A DNA stretch of 64,000 bases. Source: the human T2T-CHM13v2.0 reference genome, Homo sapiens. A program made the translations under genes and the position numbers. Below the pieces are notes generated by a model. It saw only the letters and a program-made list of their open reading frames with translations, searched no databases and had not been told where the DNA came from. The stretch is taken from positions 7,360,001 through 7,424,000 of the forward strand of contig CP086569.2 of assembly GCA_009914755.4 (NCBI GenBank), in the 5' to 3' direction. Shown here in pieces: positions 14,108-27,360 of this stretch (position 1 is the first letter of the stretch; each line of letters starts with the position of its first letter).

Positions 14108-14290
14108 GGACTGCTAGGGTAGGAAAGGACAAGGACAGGTCAAGGGCATAAGGAGCAAGGAGCAGGGATGGGCAGGGGGGTGGGGCAGGGAAGGCAGGGC
14201 AAAGAGAGTAGTTGGGGATGGGAGACAGGACAGAACAAGAGGAATGCAGGGCGAAGCAGGGAAAGACAGATGGTAGCAGTGGCAGCAGCC
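14108..14290 (+). repeat. Polypurine (GA-rich) tract with multiple G-runs
   Basis: GGACAAGGACAGGTCAAGGGCATAAGGAGCAAGGAGCAGGGATGGGCAGGGGGGTGGGGCAGGGAAGGCAGGGCAAAGAGAGTAGTTGGGGATGGGAGACAGGACAGAACAAGAGGAATGCAGGGCGAAGCAGGGAAAGACAGATGGTAGCAGTGGCAGCAGCC, roughly 90% purine on the + strand. Confidence 0.7.
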
Positions 14291-14769
14291 TCAGTGACCA
14301 GAGACGGCAGCAGTGATTCTGCAGGCCCAGAGGCCTTGTGAGAAATCAGCCTCCTCGCTGAGCCTTCAGGGGCAGACAGCCTCAATCTCACCCAAACTCC
14401 TGGCTCCCACCCAACTCCTCCTCAACAGCCAGCTCAGCTCAGATTCTCTCCTCCTGGTCTTTTCCATCCTCTAGAAATAGAGAACCTAGCCTGCATCTCA
14501 CAGGCTGACATGTTCCTGAGTGCCTGGCTACTCTGCTATGCAGTCCCTGGACTCATTCTTGCTTCCCATTGGGTCCTACCACCTCCCTAGAGTGACCCTG
14601 GAGTCCTCCTCTCCCCACCGGGAGAGCTACCAAGGTCCCGCTGGGAGCCACAACTCCTGCCAGCATAGACATGTCTTTTGTCTTCTATCCCACCCACCTC
14701 GTGGGTTCTTTTGGCTACCTACTCCCTTCTTTCTTCCTGCCATCTCCTTGATCTTACTAGCTGGTAACA

Positions 14770-14900
14770 TTGACAGTGACTTAATGTCTCTGTGCCTCAG
14801 TTTCCACAGCTATAACACAGGCATAACAACAGTACCTACTTCACTGAGGAATTATGAGGATGAAGTCAATGCTAAGTTTGAATTCCTGAGACCAGCACCC
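14770..14900 (-). repeat. MIR fragment
   Basis: TGTCTCTGTGCCTCAGTTTCCACAGCTATAACACAGGCATAACAACAGTACCTACTTCACTGAGGAATTATGAGGATGAAGTCAATG. This is the MIR reverse-complement core GCCTCAGTTTCCTCATCTGTAAAATGGG... plus the TGAGGATTAAATGAG region. Confidence 0.45.
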
Positions 14901-16474
14901 ATACAAACCAACCACTAGGTGTTCATGGTCAGCAATATGCCCCTCCTCTGTGATCTAAGCTTGCCAAAGCCCATGGGCATTGCTCCCCCATCCCAAGACA
15001 CCCAGTCATTCTAAAGTTTAATGAATGACCCAGGGAGAGGAGTCCTAGACACTATGAGCAGGAGCCCAAACTTGAGGACTGTACAAGTGTTTCTACGTCC
15101 TGGGTTGGGAGGCATGGGGAAGGGAGTAATGCCTTGAAAACAGAAGCTCTGGAGTCTGCACTGGGGAATTCAGGCTGAAACATCACCTTGTTTATGGGAC
15201 AAAGTTCTCGTGAGTTTTATGACTCTGGAAAAAATTCAGGAGTATAAATTTATATTTAAGAGTCTTGACTGGTGGCTTTCCAGATGGCAAACAACTTAAA
15301 GATATGCTTCTAGCTCTGCCAGATTTATTTGTAAGGACATTAATTATCTCATTAGAAATAGGTTCCTCTTACAATTAGCTTGCTGTTTTTTTTAATTCTG
15401 GGTAAAGAACATACACATATTTCATCCCTGGCCAATGGACACCTTGGACTTTACAGAGCAGAAATGCCCTAACCCAGTAAGCATTACTCCCAGTCATACT
15501 CTCCCTCCCAACAGACATATAAAGGGTGAAACTGTGTTTAAAATCAGGGTGGTTTTCAATTCATTTTGTTTTGAGAATGTTGCAGCCCTCCCTGACATGA
15601 TACGAACAGCTAATGGTGGAGCTCTAAGATATTGGCTGCATATAGGGAGATGCCTGGGCTCTGTGGAGGACTTCATCATTGTGCTTGCCAGGGGAAAGCA
15701 CATGTTCTGTTTTCATGACAGGAAGAATGAATTTACTGTGGTAAATCCAAAGGAGGCTATGTCAAACACTCAAGTCAAATCTGAAGAAAAAGCTGTCTAA
15801 GTTGTCTACATTTGTGGACTCCAGGTTGAAGAGTGGGGTGACAGGGAGAAGAGGAGTCTAACTCAGCCTTGATTACCAAATCATAATGGTAGAGGACCAG
15901 TAAATGGTTTTGTGAATGTTCCAGGTGTACTTTCTAGGGGGTCTTAGGGTCCCTGATGTGCTCAGGCAGTGGGGAAAAAGAGAAAACCTTCCTTTTGATT
16001 CCATAATTTATCTAATAGCGGAAGAAATTCCAAGTGGCCACCTCTGTACCCACTATCTCCAGCACCTCCCTACACACTTTCAACAATTAATCATCAGTTT
16101 CCTGGGGAGGAATGTAAAACTATGTGTGGCCACAGAGAGCATCTATGGGCACTGAGAGGGGATGAAAAGAGTCACTGTTGCTGCAACCCAAGATGAGCAA
16201 TGGGGTGTCCCCACAGGAAAAAAGGAGCCAAAGCATTCCTTCCTGGTCTCTGCTGACACTGATAAGTCAGGCTGTAGACATCTGTCCCAAGTTGTCCCCA
16301 TGCATGTACCACCACTGGTGTTTTATGATGCATCTCAAACCAGACCATGAAAACCCCTGACTTTGAGGAACTTTGCAGGTACCCATGGAGGGCTTCCTTG
16401 TATAGAGGGAGGTTGCCCTCCTTGCCACTAGGGCACAGAAGTGACCCTACATTAGTTTTACTAAAGATATGTGT

Positions 16475-16715
16475 ATTATAGAACTGCACTGACCAAGTGC
16501 CACTGACCAGAGACACTAGCCACTAGCCACATACGGTTATTTAAACTTAAGTTAATGAAAGTTAAATTAATTTTAAAATTCAATTCCTCAGTAGCAGTAT
16601 CCACATTTCAAGTGCTCAGTAGCCATAGTCAGCTGGTGGCCGCCATACCGGACAACCCAGATACAGAACAAACACCTCCATCATCACAGGCACTTCTATT
16701 GGACAGCCCTGCTCT
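16475..16715. mobile_element. Palindromic non-autonomous DNA transposon (MITE-like, hAT/MER-group); family name uncertain. Copy 1 of 3.
   Basis: ACTAGCCACTAGCCACATACGGTTATTTAAACTTAAGTTAATGAAAGTTAAATTAATTTTAAAATTCAATTCCTCAGTAGCAGTATCCACATTTCAAGTGCTCAGTAGCCATAGTCAGCTGGTGGCCGCCATACCGGACAACCCAGATACAGAACA ... CATCATCACAGGCACTTCTATTGGACAGCCCTGCTCTGG. Inverted termini ...TGTCCAATATGG.AGCCACTAGCCACATGTGGCT.. / ..AGCCAC.TGTGGCTAGTGGC..CCATATTGGACAGC are shared with 32094..32290. Confidence 0.5.
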
Positions 16716-19700
16716 GGATAGCTCTCTGAATGTATTTGTAACAAGCCAATCACTTTCTTGTGTCACTCATGCATTCAACAAATGGTTATGGACCAATACA
16801 CTATACAACGCCTGCTGCTACTATGGTAAGATGTCAATATTAGACAATGGTGAGACTTTCATCCAAAATTAAGACCTGTCTGTGCTGTATCATGTTCTAA
16901 GGCTTTGGATGATTTAAAGTACATTCATTTAGAATTCAGAATGGTCTCTATTCTCAGGATGCTTGCTGGCATTTCAAGGATTGCAAACAATGTAGAATCC
17001 AAACTCTGTTCATGACTTTGCTAATTCTTGAGAGAAAATGGCTCAACAACAACACACAATACTGTTTATGCTCCCTGCCAGGTTTTGCTGGGATTGATAA
17101 ATTTGGTGTTATGTTTCACTTAGGGATCCTATGACTGGCAGCCCTCAGGATATGTACGTGTTTGCACATTGGTCCCATTCCCCAAATTGCCTCTTAGATT
17201 TGACACACCCTGGTGACTCAACTTGCCTTCCCATTAACCTAAAGCCCTTTCTTTGTTTTACACATTTTCCAACTATACATAGACCTTCTGCCTTAGGAGA
17301 GCTGACATTAATAGTGCTATTCCATGCAGCAAACCACTAGAGACAATACATTACTGGGGAGGGGGTACTGGGTGCTGGGAGACCTGGGAACAGTGAGTGT
17401 CTCAGTGGAGCTTACAGAAACCAGTCTGTTCAACTTATTTCTCTGCTGCTAATTTCAAGGTGCTGCCACTGCTACTTCAAACTGTAATAGTGTCTACAAA
17501 CAATTTGCACTTTGGAATGGCACACTTCCAACAGGTAATTAACAAATCCAGGGGACAATCTTTTTAAAAGGCTTTAAAAGCAACAGAGACTGAGGCCACC
17601 ATCAATGATATAGAATCATTCCGCTTTCTCTGTCATTTCAGAAGATACCTGGTTGACTGCTAGAGAGGTTTAGAGACTACAGGCCCTGGGCTTTATGGAA
17701 AGTTCCTCAAGATGTGTTAATTAGAAATAAAATTCAGCATGGTTATTGGCTGCAGTGTTTTCTCAATGAAATAGGCTATGAAGAGGGACTAAGATTTCAA
17801 TAGTTAGGAGCAGAGTTCACAAAGGGCCACCCAAGGACAGTGAATTCCATACCATTCACCATTCCAAGGCAGAACACTGCATTCACCAGCCTGCCTCCTT
17901 TCTGGAAGTGGTCGCTCGTGTGCCCTAACCGGTTGGTGTCCAAGCTCTCACTGTCTGGCCATTTTTGGAGACATGGAGAGGAATGGTGAGAGGGAAGTAT
18001 TGCTGGCCCTTCTGATGGCTATTCGGTTTGTTGAAAAGGGCTGAGATCTACATTTCTGCTGAGATTTGTAAAGGTAGTGGAGAGAGAAGAAGTCAACCAA
18101 AGATAAAAAGCTGCTTCGTCGGGTTTAGTGGAATCTCTCAGGAGCCTGAATAAATGATATGATGAATGCTGAAATCTCTGTGAGGCTGTATTGTTGTCAA
18201 ATAATAAAGCCTCATTCCAAGTAGTAAGGTGAGGCTGCCTTAAAGTAACATGGACCTCAAAGGTTGGGCTTCTAATGGGGGACTTAGGTTTTTAATCTGG
18301 AATATAATGAATACTTGTTATCTGGGATTAATGTGTACAGTTAGGTGGTTGAGAAAAGAACACAGCAGATGGTTCTAGAAATTCATACAAATATGTGTTT
18401 TGGAAACAAAAGCAGAATGTATTTGGGTCAGAGTGGTCTTTTAAAAAGTAAAGGTACAGAGACACATAAAAACAAAAATACTGCTCTAATGTCAGAAATA
18501 TTATATACTCCTGAACTCACTATTTATAAACTGGAATAGTGTTTCCTGGGGCTGAACCCATATTACTTAATCAAGTACATCAAAAATACATCATTGATAT
18601 GTAAAAATAAATATGTTCCTGTAAATGAGAGTTCCTGCCTGGAGTGGCAGGTCAGCCCAAACAGCCAAGAAGGCACTGGGGGTGAGGTGCTGAGCTTTCA
18701 GTTCCTTCATTTATAGCTCAGTTCTTAAGCAATCAATAATCACCACCACCCATCAGCTGAGCCAAGCCTGCCTATGTGCAGCTGGGCATGGGTTAGCAGT
18801 AGCAGCCTCCAGAAGCAAATATCTGGAATTTCAATCTAAGTCTGAAAGTCTATTTTTATGCTCCTCATTTAGTCAAGCAATCAGTTGACCCAGCTTAAAA
18901 AGTCTTGCTTACACAGGCTTGTCAGGAATATGCTTTGGTTTCCAAAAATATCTTTTTAAATCATAAGAAAATCCCCACCTTGTGTGAAACAAGAATTTAA
19001 AGGTCATAAACAATGGTTGACATTAGCAAGAAGGACAAAGCAAATTCATGCTCCCTGCATAAGCACTCTTTGATGCTGTTTCCCAAATTTCAGTACCTCA
19101 CAATGTTTTGTGGTATCCAAGTACTAGTTGACTTTTTCCTTTATTTAAATAAATATATTATTTTTTTTTTTAAAAAAAGAAACTTTCTTTCATGAGTATG
19201 AAGGCAATCCACTACCACTTGCCAAAAACAAGGGGTGATGATGAAGTACATTAACACCAAATATGTTCATCTGTCTAACACCTAAAATTATCTCACATAG
19301 GTCACAAAGTCTTCTCTCAGCCCCATCTGAGTGAGCACCAGCAGAGATCACTAGGTAGCAGCGCTGGGCCATGTTACTTCGTCATCAGCAACACCTGAAT
19401 GAGCAGAAGCCATTTCAGGCTTTCCATCCAACAGAACAATTATGAAAGGAAGGTGCCTATCTTTGGAAGTGGCCACTTGGATTTTAAACACCAACTCTAG
19501 CCTGTTCATTATCCCCATCCAAAGCTGCTTTTCTCAGCCCTCCTCCTTACTCAGAAGCCATCTCCAGCTAGGAGATACTTTCATACCAGAAATTAGGTCT
19601 TGGTGTATAGAGCTCGCAATCACTAGACTAGTTCATGACTGGAAAATACAAACTTTAGAAATGGAGCAACATGTAATGGAGTGAATCCAGCCATAAATTG

Positions 19701-22700
19701 GGGCTGGGGTGGGCAGGAGGTAAACTAGACAGTTGGGTGTTTTCCAGTCCTGGCGGCCAGGGGTTCAAATAAAGCTGCAGCTACCGAGGGCAAGAGGATA
19801 AACAAGGTTTTAGTTAGTTCTTGGGTTTATTTGGTTTCCTTTATAAGCAGACCCTGCAAGCTTTCCTGTAGAAGTAGTTTATTTGGGAAGTGATCCCAGG
19901 AAACAGAGGGAAGGAGTAGGAATGGAAAACACGGAGGAGATGGAGATGATGCCAGTGAATAAGTGCATTGAAGAGCATATTACCAATGGGGCAAGTAGGG
20001 CTCAGTCCCACCAGGGACCCACAGACACTGTGTAAAACACACCCAGATTCTTACACCAAGAGCAAGGATTGTGGGACATTTTTCCTCATGAATTGAAAGT
20101 TACTCCTGAGTCATTCATTTCCCAGGGCCCACTCCCTAGAATATCTGCAGGCAGAGAGGCTAAGGAAGCTGTGGGCTTAGCCAGAGCTAACCACAGGTGA
20201 CCCCAACATAGGCTACAGCACCACTCACTACAGCCTGCTACAGTCAAGCACAAATATAAATGAATTAGAGAGAAAAAGGAAATCACAACCTCTGCATAGA
20301 AGTAGGTGGGGAATTTGGAAGTGGCCAAAGTCCAAAACTACATGGTAACACTTGATCACACAGAGGGAACTCCCACTCAATGGCAAGACAAAAACACAAC
20401 TTTCCCGAATGCATAATGAACCAGAAAAAGGGGAAGGCCAAAGGAGAAGTGAGAGTGCTGGTGGTGTAATAGAGGAAGACAGAAACCCTCAGAAAAGGCA
20501 GATGGTGTGGACAGCTTTCCTGGCTTGATCCTCCTCAGGGGGCTAGACTGATGCCAGAGACAGAAATAAATTTCTCAGGAAGGAAAAGGAGAGAGCATTG
20601 GAAAAAAGAGCCTCCAAAGAATCAGCAGCAATGAAATATTGGGAGAAATCTGATTGCAGATGCGTAACCCTTGTACACTCACTCCTCTGTCCCATCATCT
20701 TCTTGGCTCTGGTCCTTTCTTTCTTCACATGAAAATCAGTCAAGAGAAACTGTACAAAAGTGATACCCTTTGATGTTTTAATATTCTGATTCTCCAATAT
20801 TGATTCTCCAATACACATCCTCACATGAGCAAGCACCAAAGATTGCAAAAAGAGCCCCATGTTTATTTAAATTTTCTCAGCTGCTCTGTGACTCTCAGCT
20901 GGAAGATTTTTCTAGACATGGGACAGTAAGTCCCAAAGGGGTACGGAAGGCATTGGTTCTGATCATGTTCTGGGAATTGCTGAAGGACTGCACTGGCAGA
21001 GCACCCATTGGGACTCTCTTCTCATCTCTCCCTTTTCCCCACCTTGTCTCATTTAGATCCCTCCTATTGCACATGTGTTTGTTGTATTGACCTAAGCCAA
21101 CCAGAGGAGAATGTGAGGGCAGGCTAAGGGGGTGTGGGGCCCAAGGGTGGGGGTAGTTGAATCCTGCCAGCCTGGGAAACTGGTCCATTCAGGCTTTGCC
21201 AGGCTACTAGGGAGTGGGGAGGAAAGAGGCAGGTGTCCAGCCTTGAGGTCTATGCCTGGGTCTGGGGACTCAGACACAGGATGGAAGGCTGCAGTTTGCC
21301 TGCAGGTGGGGCCCCAGAGAGCCCAGGTCTTGAGGGTAAGCAGGTGACTGGCTGGGCCTCTGGACCTCTGGTCAGGTGAGAAGAAAGAGTTTAGAGGCTG
21401 GCTGAAAATCTGGGGCTCCAAGGGCTAGATGTGGGAGGAGGAGGCAGCTGGCTATTACCTGCACTGGAAAGAACAAGTGGGCATCACACTTGGTGGGGAC
21501 TGCAGGCTGCTGAGGTCATGGGCAGAAGGGACTAAGCAGAAATGTTTGTATTGGGAAGGCAGGCAGTGGGCACCATGGTGGCAAGGCAGGGCAAGAGGGC
21601 AGAAGGGCCGTAGGCTATTCCAGATGCCTAAATCTGGGCAAGGCTGCTCAAGCTTCAGTCAGGATTGGGTACTAATAGCAGGGCACCTCTGGGCCAGCAC
21701 GAGGCCTGCTTGCCAGGGCAGCAGGGAAAGGCAAAGTGCAGGGACTGCTGCATGAACAACAATCCAAGGGAATCCACTTGTAAGGATGACAACAACCACA
21801 GGCATGTGTCCCTTATTTACAAGGGCCTTTCACCTTCACCATCGCATGTGACTCTCCCAACCTTGATGGGAGGGGGCGGCACTGATTATGTGCCCAGAAG
21901 CATTAATTGGATCCCCCAGAAATCACAAGCCTATATGTGGCACAACCAAGGGCCTTTCACACCCCAAACTCTGGGCTCTTTCCCAAATATAACAAGAGGC
22001 TAATTCATCAGGACACAGAAGGCAGGGGCCAATGACTATGCATGGGAACTCAATAGCTGTTTGTTAATGAACTGAGTAAAAGATGAGAAAGATGGCTGCA
22101 GTGTCAGATCTGGGAGGGGGCCATATCATGGGGTCCAACTGTCCCGAGAGTGTAGGGAGGGAAGGAGCCCTACCCCTACATCAGGAAAGCCCTACCCCTG
22201 GGTTTTGGCCATTCACAATAAGCTGGCAGCCAGGGAGTGCTACTGAATAAAATCGTCTCAGCCAGAAACATGATTGGCATCATATGCTCAGGTTTCAGGC
22301 TGACATTTCTAAGCCTTTTAAGTGAGGAGGTGCAGCATAGGAAGGGCAGTGCTTGGAAGACTTATTATTTTGTGTCAGTGAGAATGATTAGAATTTTGTT
22401 GAACCTGTCTAGCCTCCTTGTTTCTCTGATGGAAGTTGTGGCAGCAGAGATGGTGAGGCTGTCCCTGCACAGGCTCAGGTGATCACTGCACAGCATGGAC
22501 CTCCAACCAAAAGGAAATTCCCCCAGACCAGGAAATAAGCGAGCAGGAAGAGGAACACATAGTGGGCCTCCCCTAGAACCTGCAGAGGCAAGGACATGAC
22601 GGCTGCATGGAGCCCGCAGACATGGGGAGGGACGACCTGCCCCTGCTTCCACATGCAGAATCCACTGGAAAGTCCTGTCTGAGAAGTCACTGCCTAGATT

Positions 22701-23949
22701 CCTCTCCCCAAGGCCTGCTGTAAAGAAAATAAGTTAACAGAGGAGAAGGTGGGAAGAGGAGGGAGACTCTCTCCAGATTTTTTTTAATTGTCTTGTTGTG
22801 ATTGCCTGTTTAAGCCCACCTGGCAGAAGAGGAGTAAAAACACTTCCCTCCTTAAAGGGCTCGGAGAGAAGACAAGCTGGGAGCTGAGCAGGCAGCCGGG
22901 AGGGGTGCCTGGGGGCAGCGGTGGGGGGTAGCTCTTTGTGACTGTTGGGGAGTGATGGTGAGTGGATTTCCCAGGAGAAAGATTAAGAGAGAGGCTGGGG
23001 GTCAGATGAGGGTCACAACCAAGGGGGACAGGGTCCCTGGACATTCAGCCTTCAAGAAGGCCAAATGCTCAAGCTGTGATAAAGAAATTTAACTGAATGG
23101 GGCCACAAAAGGTGACACCCCCTACTTGTGAAACGGACATGATAATAGCATCTTCTGCCATAAAGCTGTTGTGAGGAGTAACTGAGATGACACGAGAAGG
23201 ACATAGAATAGTGCACTTGGAGGGTGACTGCCATCATGACCACTGAAAGGCTTATATGTGAAATGATCAAACCCAAAGGCTTATTTATTCCACCAAAGGA
23301 GGAAAAAAGGACAACAGTGAGCTGCCTAAATTTCAGAGATTTGCAGCCTGAGCAGAGAGATAAAGGGGCTGCTTTATGCATAGAGACAGGCAGTGTTTAC
23401 CTGCCTAGGGAGAATGGGCTCGAAGGAGGATTTAATCCCTCCCCCTGGCCTATACTTGCAGAGCTGAAATTCTCATCTACTGGTGGGCTGACCGCCTCCA
23501 GAAACACATGCATTCACCCATTCCTCCCTAGCGGGGTCTGTTTTTCCAGGAGAGAATGGGGACTTGGGTGACGGGATAGTGGCCAAGATGCTGTGGGTGT
23601 CAATTTTTCTGTGTGTTCAGCCATTGGGAGAGATTCTGGGTGAGGGAAGTGAGTGGCCACAGGATAGCATAAAGGTCCTGGGCACCTGGGAAGGTTCCTA
23701 GGACAAGTCTCCCCAGTGAATAATGCTCTCACAGAAGGCAGGAGGTCTGGAAGGAGTCTCAGAGGAAGATGGGCTCTAGAACACAGTAAAAATCTGAAAA
23801 ATCCTGAGGAAACCTCAGTAGTCACTGCCTCCTTTCTCAAAGCCAGGATTCCATGAGAGGTCGATGTCGAGTGTCAGGACTACTGAGCCTGTACCCCAAT
23901 AGTAGCAGCTCATACTCATGAGTCAAGCATTGCCAAGTGCTTTAAATAT

Positions 23950-24040
23950 GTCTTCTTTAACCTTTCCATGAGAAACCATCATTCTATCCCCATTTCACAG
24001 GGTGAGAAATTGAGGCATGGAAGGCAGGTTGGAATGTAAA
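23950..24040 (+). repeat. MIR fragment
   Basis: CCATCATTCTATCCCCATTTCACAGGGTGAGAAATTGAGGCATGGAAGGCAGGTTGG matches the MIR segment CCCATTTTACAGATGAGGAAACTGAGGCTCAGAGAGG. Confidence 0.4.
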
Positions 24041-26025
24041 CAGAGGCTAGATTTTTGAGCACTATGTTCCCCACCACTCTGTCACTCCCTCCTTTTCTCC
24101 TGGGGGCCTCTGCTTGGCCTGACCCTTGCCCTCCTACAGTCCTGGACTGCAGAGAAGGGCTCCAATGAGGCCCATCTTCTTGCTCAAGATTCAGAGTACA
24201 CACATCAAGCCCAATCTCCTGAGAAGCTGGAGGTTTCTGGATTAAGGCCTGAGCATTCATGAGGAGGACACACCGGGCTTAAATGCATGCTCAGCTACTC
24301 CATGAGGTGCAGCAGGCACCTGCTTCAAACAGTGAAAAATCACACAAATGAATGGCTCTATTTCTGCGCATACTTAAGAAGGCTCAAGGCCTTGATTAAA
24401 CAGTAGTCTTACTATATCACACAGCTGAGGCAGCTCCAATATCTCCCTCTAAATCAATTTTGCAAATAGGCCCCTGGAATTAACCATCCCATAATTTTCT
24501 TCTCAAGAAGTTTGGAAGTAACAAAACATACTGTTTCTCCTTGTTTTCCCTTCTTGAAGCACTACCTGTTCATTATCACTTGTAAGAGGCTAATTTCAAG
24601 AATTAGTAAATAAATGATAATAACAATATTAACCTGAGAGAACATCCAGAAAGGCCTAAAGAGAAAGCCCTCCTAACCTCTGGGTGTCTTCTGTCAGTCT
24701 TCATACTTGTTCACCTTTCAAAGGCTAGAAGGGGTCATATGGCTCGTCTACATACCTTACTCGCAGGAAATGACTGGATGCTAGATTTCCTGGAGAAAGG
24801 GGAAATATGGATGGTAGATTTCCTGAAGAAAGTAGAGAAAAAGGCAATACAGAGAAACAGAGGGAAACTTTGTTCCCTATAAATCTTGTTGAGGACCTCA
24901 GTAAATTATTTTAGTCTATCACACAGGAAAGAACAAGTAGAAAGGCGTGAAGGGATGTTGGGTAAGTCCACCTGGGTTCATATGCCGGATCTTCCTATTT
25001 CCAGACTGGGCAACAAATTTCCTCTCTAAATCCCAGTTTGCACAGCTGTAAAATATCTTACTTTAGGCAGGTATTTTAACAAGCTGTGTGTAGGTTGTCA
25101 TTGGTGCCTGGCAGGCTGCCACTTTCTGTGTGAAAGCTGGATGATTCAAGGGAAATTTTGAGAGCACAGGAGGTAAAAGAACTCAAGAGTCTAGAATCCA
25201 CTTCAAACATGACATTTTGGAGCACACTGCAAGTCAATTTCATGTGGTTCTGTTCTCTCCATAAATCATAACTTCAGTAAGTAAACAGTCAGGTGGCCCA
25301 GATAACTGCTTGATAAAATTTCTCCTATTTGATGGACTGCTATCTCTACACTCTAATTCCATTCCTTTTTCTCTGAGATACCATGGGGATTAATGAAAAG
25401 CTGTTAGTCACTCTTTAAGTGGGTCAAAACTCCCAGTGCTGACATACTTACTCCCTGAGAGTGGCTCTTCATGTACCTCCAATGAGTCGCCATCTGGGTC
25501 AACCAGTGTCTTGCTCACCCCACGTGGTGAAAGTTGTCCACCATCTCCCTCTCCAGGGGGTGAGCTGGGCTTCTGGGCAATGGGTACCTCCCCTCTGGGG
25601 CCTGAGCAGTTTCTGGGATTTGGTTTCTCCCAGCCAGGGCACCACACATGTTCCTAGTCCCTGGTTTCTCATTCTCCAGTGACACATGATCCCCATGTGC
25701 ATTTTTTTTACATCCCTGGCATTTTCCATGCTGTTGGCAGTAGACACCGGAGCACTGCTGCCTGCCAAATCCACAGGGGAATGGTACTGAGGCATAACAC
25801 CAATGAATTTCAGGCCCTGGCTTGCAGCCTCCTGGATCTGTGCGGCAAACAAAAGGAAGGGAACCAAGTGAATGGAATCGTCTATCAAAAGGGCATGTGC
25901 AGAGTGCAAAGAGCCTCCCTGAGGCCTGCGAAACTATTTCAGGTGCACATGAAGAATTTCAAGCTGGCAGGAGCCCCGTGTCCTCAGGGACACCTGCCGC
26001 CACATCCTGGTCTGAAGAGGATAGG

Positions 26026-26076
26026 CTTTTTTTGTTTTGTTTTTGTTTTTGTTTTGTTTGTTTTTTGTTTTTTTAA
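26026..26076 (+). repeat. (GTTTT)n / (GTTTTT)n microsatellite
   Basis: GGCTTTTTTTGTTTTGTTTTTGTTTTTGTTTTGTTTGTTTTTTGTTTTTTT. Confidence 0.85.
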
Positions 26077-27224
26077 TATGTTGTCTGATGGAAAAATAAA
26101 GCATTGGGTTTGAAGGGTTGAAATCACCATTTTGAAACACTGCAGTAGTCCTTATTAGCCATTTTTTTTAAAGAGGCTGGAAAAGTTCTAAACAAAGAGT
26201 TTGAAAGAGGAAGTTCATTTTGGTAGAGTGTTTTTTTGTTGTTGTTACTTTTTTTCAGAGGAATCACTGACTTCCTGCCCATCAGGCTATTGTGTAACTA
26301 CAGCTTGTCTATATAATCATATACAAAGACCAGATGGCATTTTAGACCCAAAGAGCTCCCTTTTTGGGCAATAGTTTTGGCCAAGAGGGGCAGAAGTGGA
26401 GAAAATCACCCCCGTGCCAAGGCTGTGGCCACATCCTCCACGAGATGCACCATCTGATGGACACCTTGCTCCCTGGTGTTGTTAGGCTTAGGGAAGGTCA
26501 AAGGAGCCCACAGATCATGCCTAGCCCACAGCTACAGACTGACTCTTGGCCCTCAAAGTCCTAGTCCACACCATCCAGCAGCCAGGTGATGGTACCTTCT
26601 CATTCCCTGTACCAACAGGATAGGAGATGAACACCCACCTGGAATGCTGAGGCATTTGAACTCTCCCTCTCCCTAAAAAATACCCCTATGCAATTAGATT
26701 GAGTGTAATTCATAAGTTTGAAAGGAAAATTGAAAGGAATAAAATCTAATAAAATCAAGCAAGAACCAGACCAAATCAGAAGGTAGGATTTAGGGGACTT
26801 TCCAGGCACGAATGCTTAAGTCACTTTACACATAAATAAGGCGGTGCAGACCTCAGAGCTGTCTAAGTCTTTGTCACCAACCCATAAGCAGATGAATTCA
26901 GAAAATCTTGAGGCCTCTGCAGTGTTAATCTATCATCATTAGAGAGTCAGTTTCACCAGGATGGAGCTATTCTCTCTAAAGGAGAAGCAGCCCTGACAGC
27001 TCTTCTCAGAAGAACCACCCTGACATTAAACAGAAAGTCATTTTTGTTCCACACTGCACATCTTGGAAAACTGAAGCTGCAAATGTGCAGTCCAGTCTTT
27101 CTTTAAATCCTAGCCTGTGCTAGACATAAAATAACAATAGTAGTAATTACTGTCTAGTGTAGACCTACTATATCTAGGCATTGAGTTAGGCATTTTACGT
27201 AAGTTAAAACAACAAAATCTTTCA

Positions 27225-27360
27225 TCCTTCAATGACTCTGCATGGTATCACTATCTCCATTTCAGATGAAGACATTGAGGCCCAGAGACATTAATGTCAC
27301 AAAGCAAGCAGTGAGTAGCCAGAGTACAAAACCAGGTCAGGCCTGGGCCAAAGTTCATTC
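27225..27360 (+). repeat. MIR fragment
   Basis: CTCCATTTCAGATGAAGACATTGAGGCCCAGAGACATTAATGTCACAAAGCAAGCAGTGAGTAGCCAGAGTACAAAACCAGGTCAGGCCTGGGC. This is the MIR core plus the ...CACACAGCTAGTAAGTGGCAGAGC.GGGATT.GAACCCAGG region. Confidence 0.5.

Noticed and set aside
15435-15800. 121-aa plus-strand ORF (MDTLDFTEQKCPNPVSITPSHTLPPNRHIKGETVF…) overlapped by a 69-aa minus-strand ORF
   Set aside because: No recognisable motif or family. The region is AT-rich, non-repetitive and intergenic-looking. Length is within chance expectation for 64 kb read in six frames.
20780-20822. Short tandem duplication of ATTCTCCAATA (TTCTGATTCTCCAATATTGATTCTCCAATACAC)
   Set aside because: Only about 15 bp and imperfect. 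It is too small to interpret and is probably trivial slippage.
21000-23600. GC-rich block with many G-runs and ORFs, considered as a possible CpG-island promoter
   Set aside because: It is G+C-rich but CpG-poor, with only scattered CG dinucleotides. It therefore does not meet CpG-island criteria by eye. It is more consistent with GC-rich non-coding sequence or decayed repeats.
25499-25909. 136-aa minus-strand ORF (…LLIDDSIHLVPFLLFAAQIQEAASQGLKFIGVMPQYHSPVDLAGSSAPVSTANSMENARDVKKMHMGIMCHWR…) with an acceptor-like TTCCCTTCCTTTTGTTTGCCGCACAG just inside it, plus overlapping 144-aa and 84-aa plus-strand ORFs
   Set aside because: I recognise no protein family. Three overlapping ORFs on both strands in a GC-richer patch is typical of chance open frames. 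There is no start context, no downstream donor and no CpG island. A real exon cannot be excluded without BLASTX or conservation data, so I treat it as unsupported.
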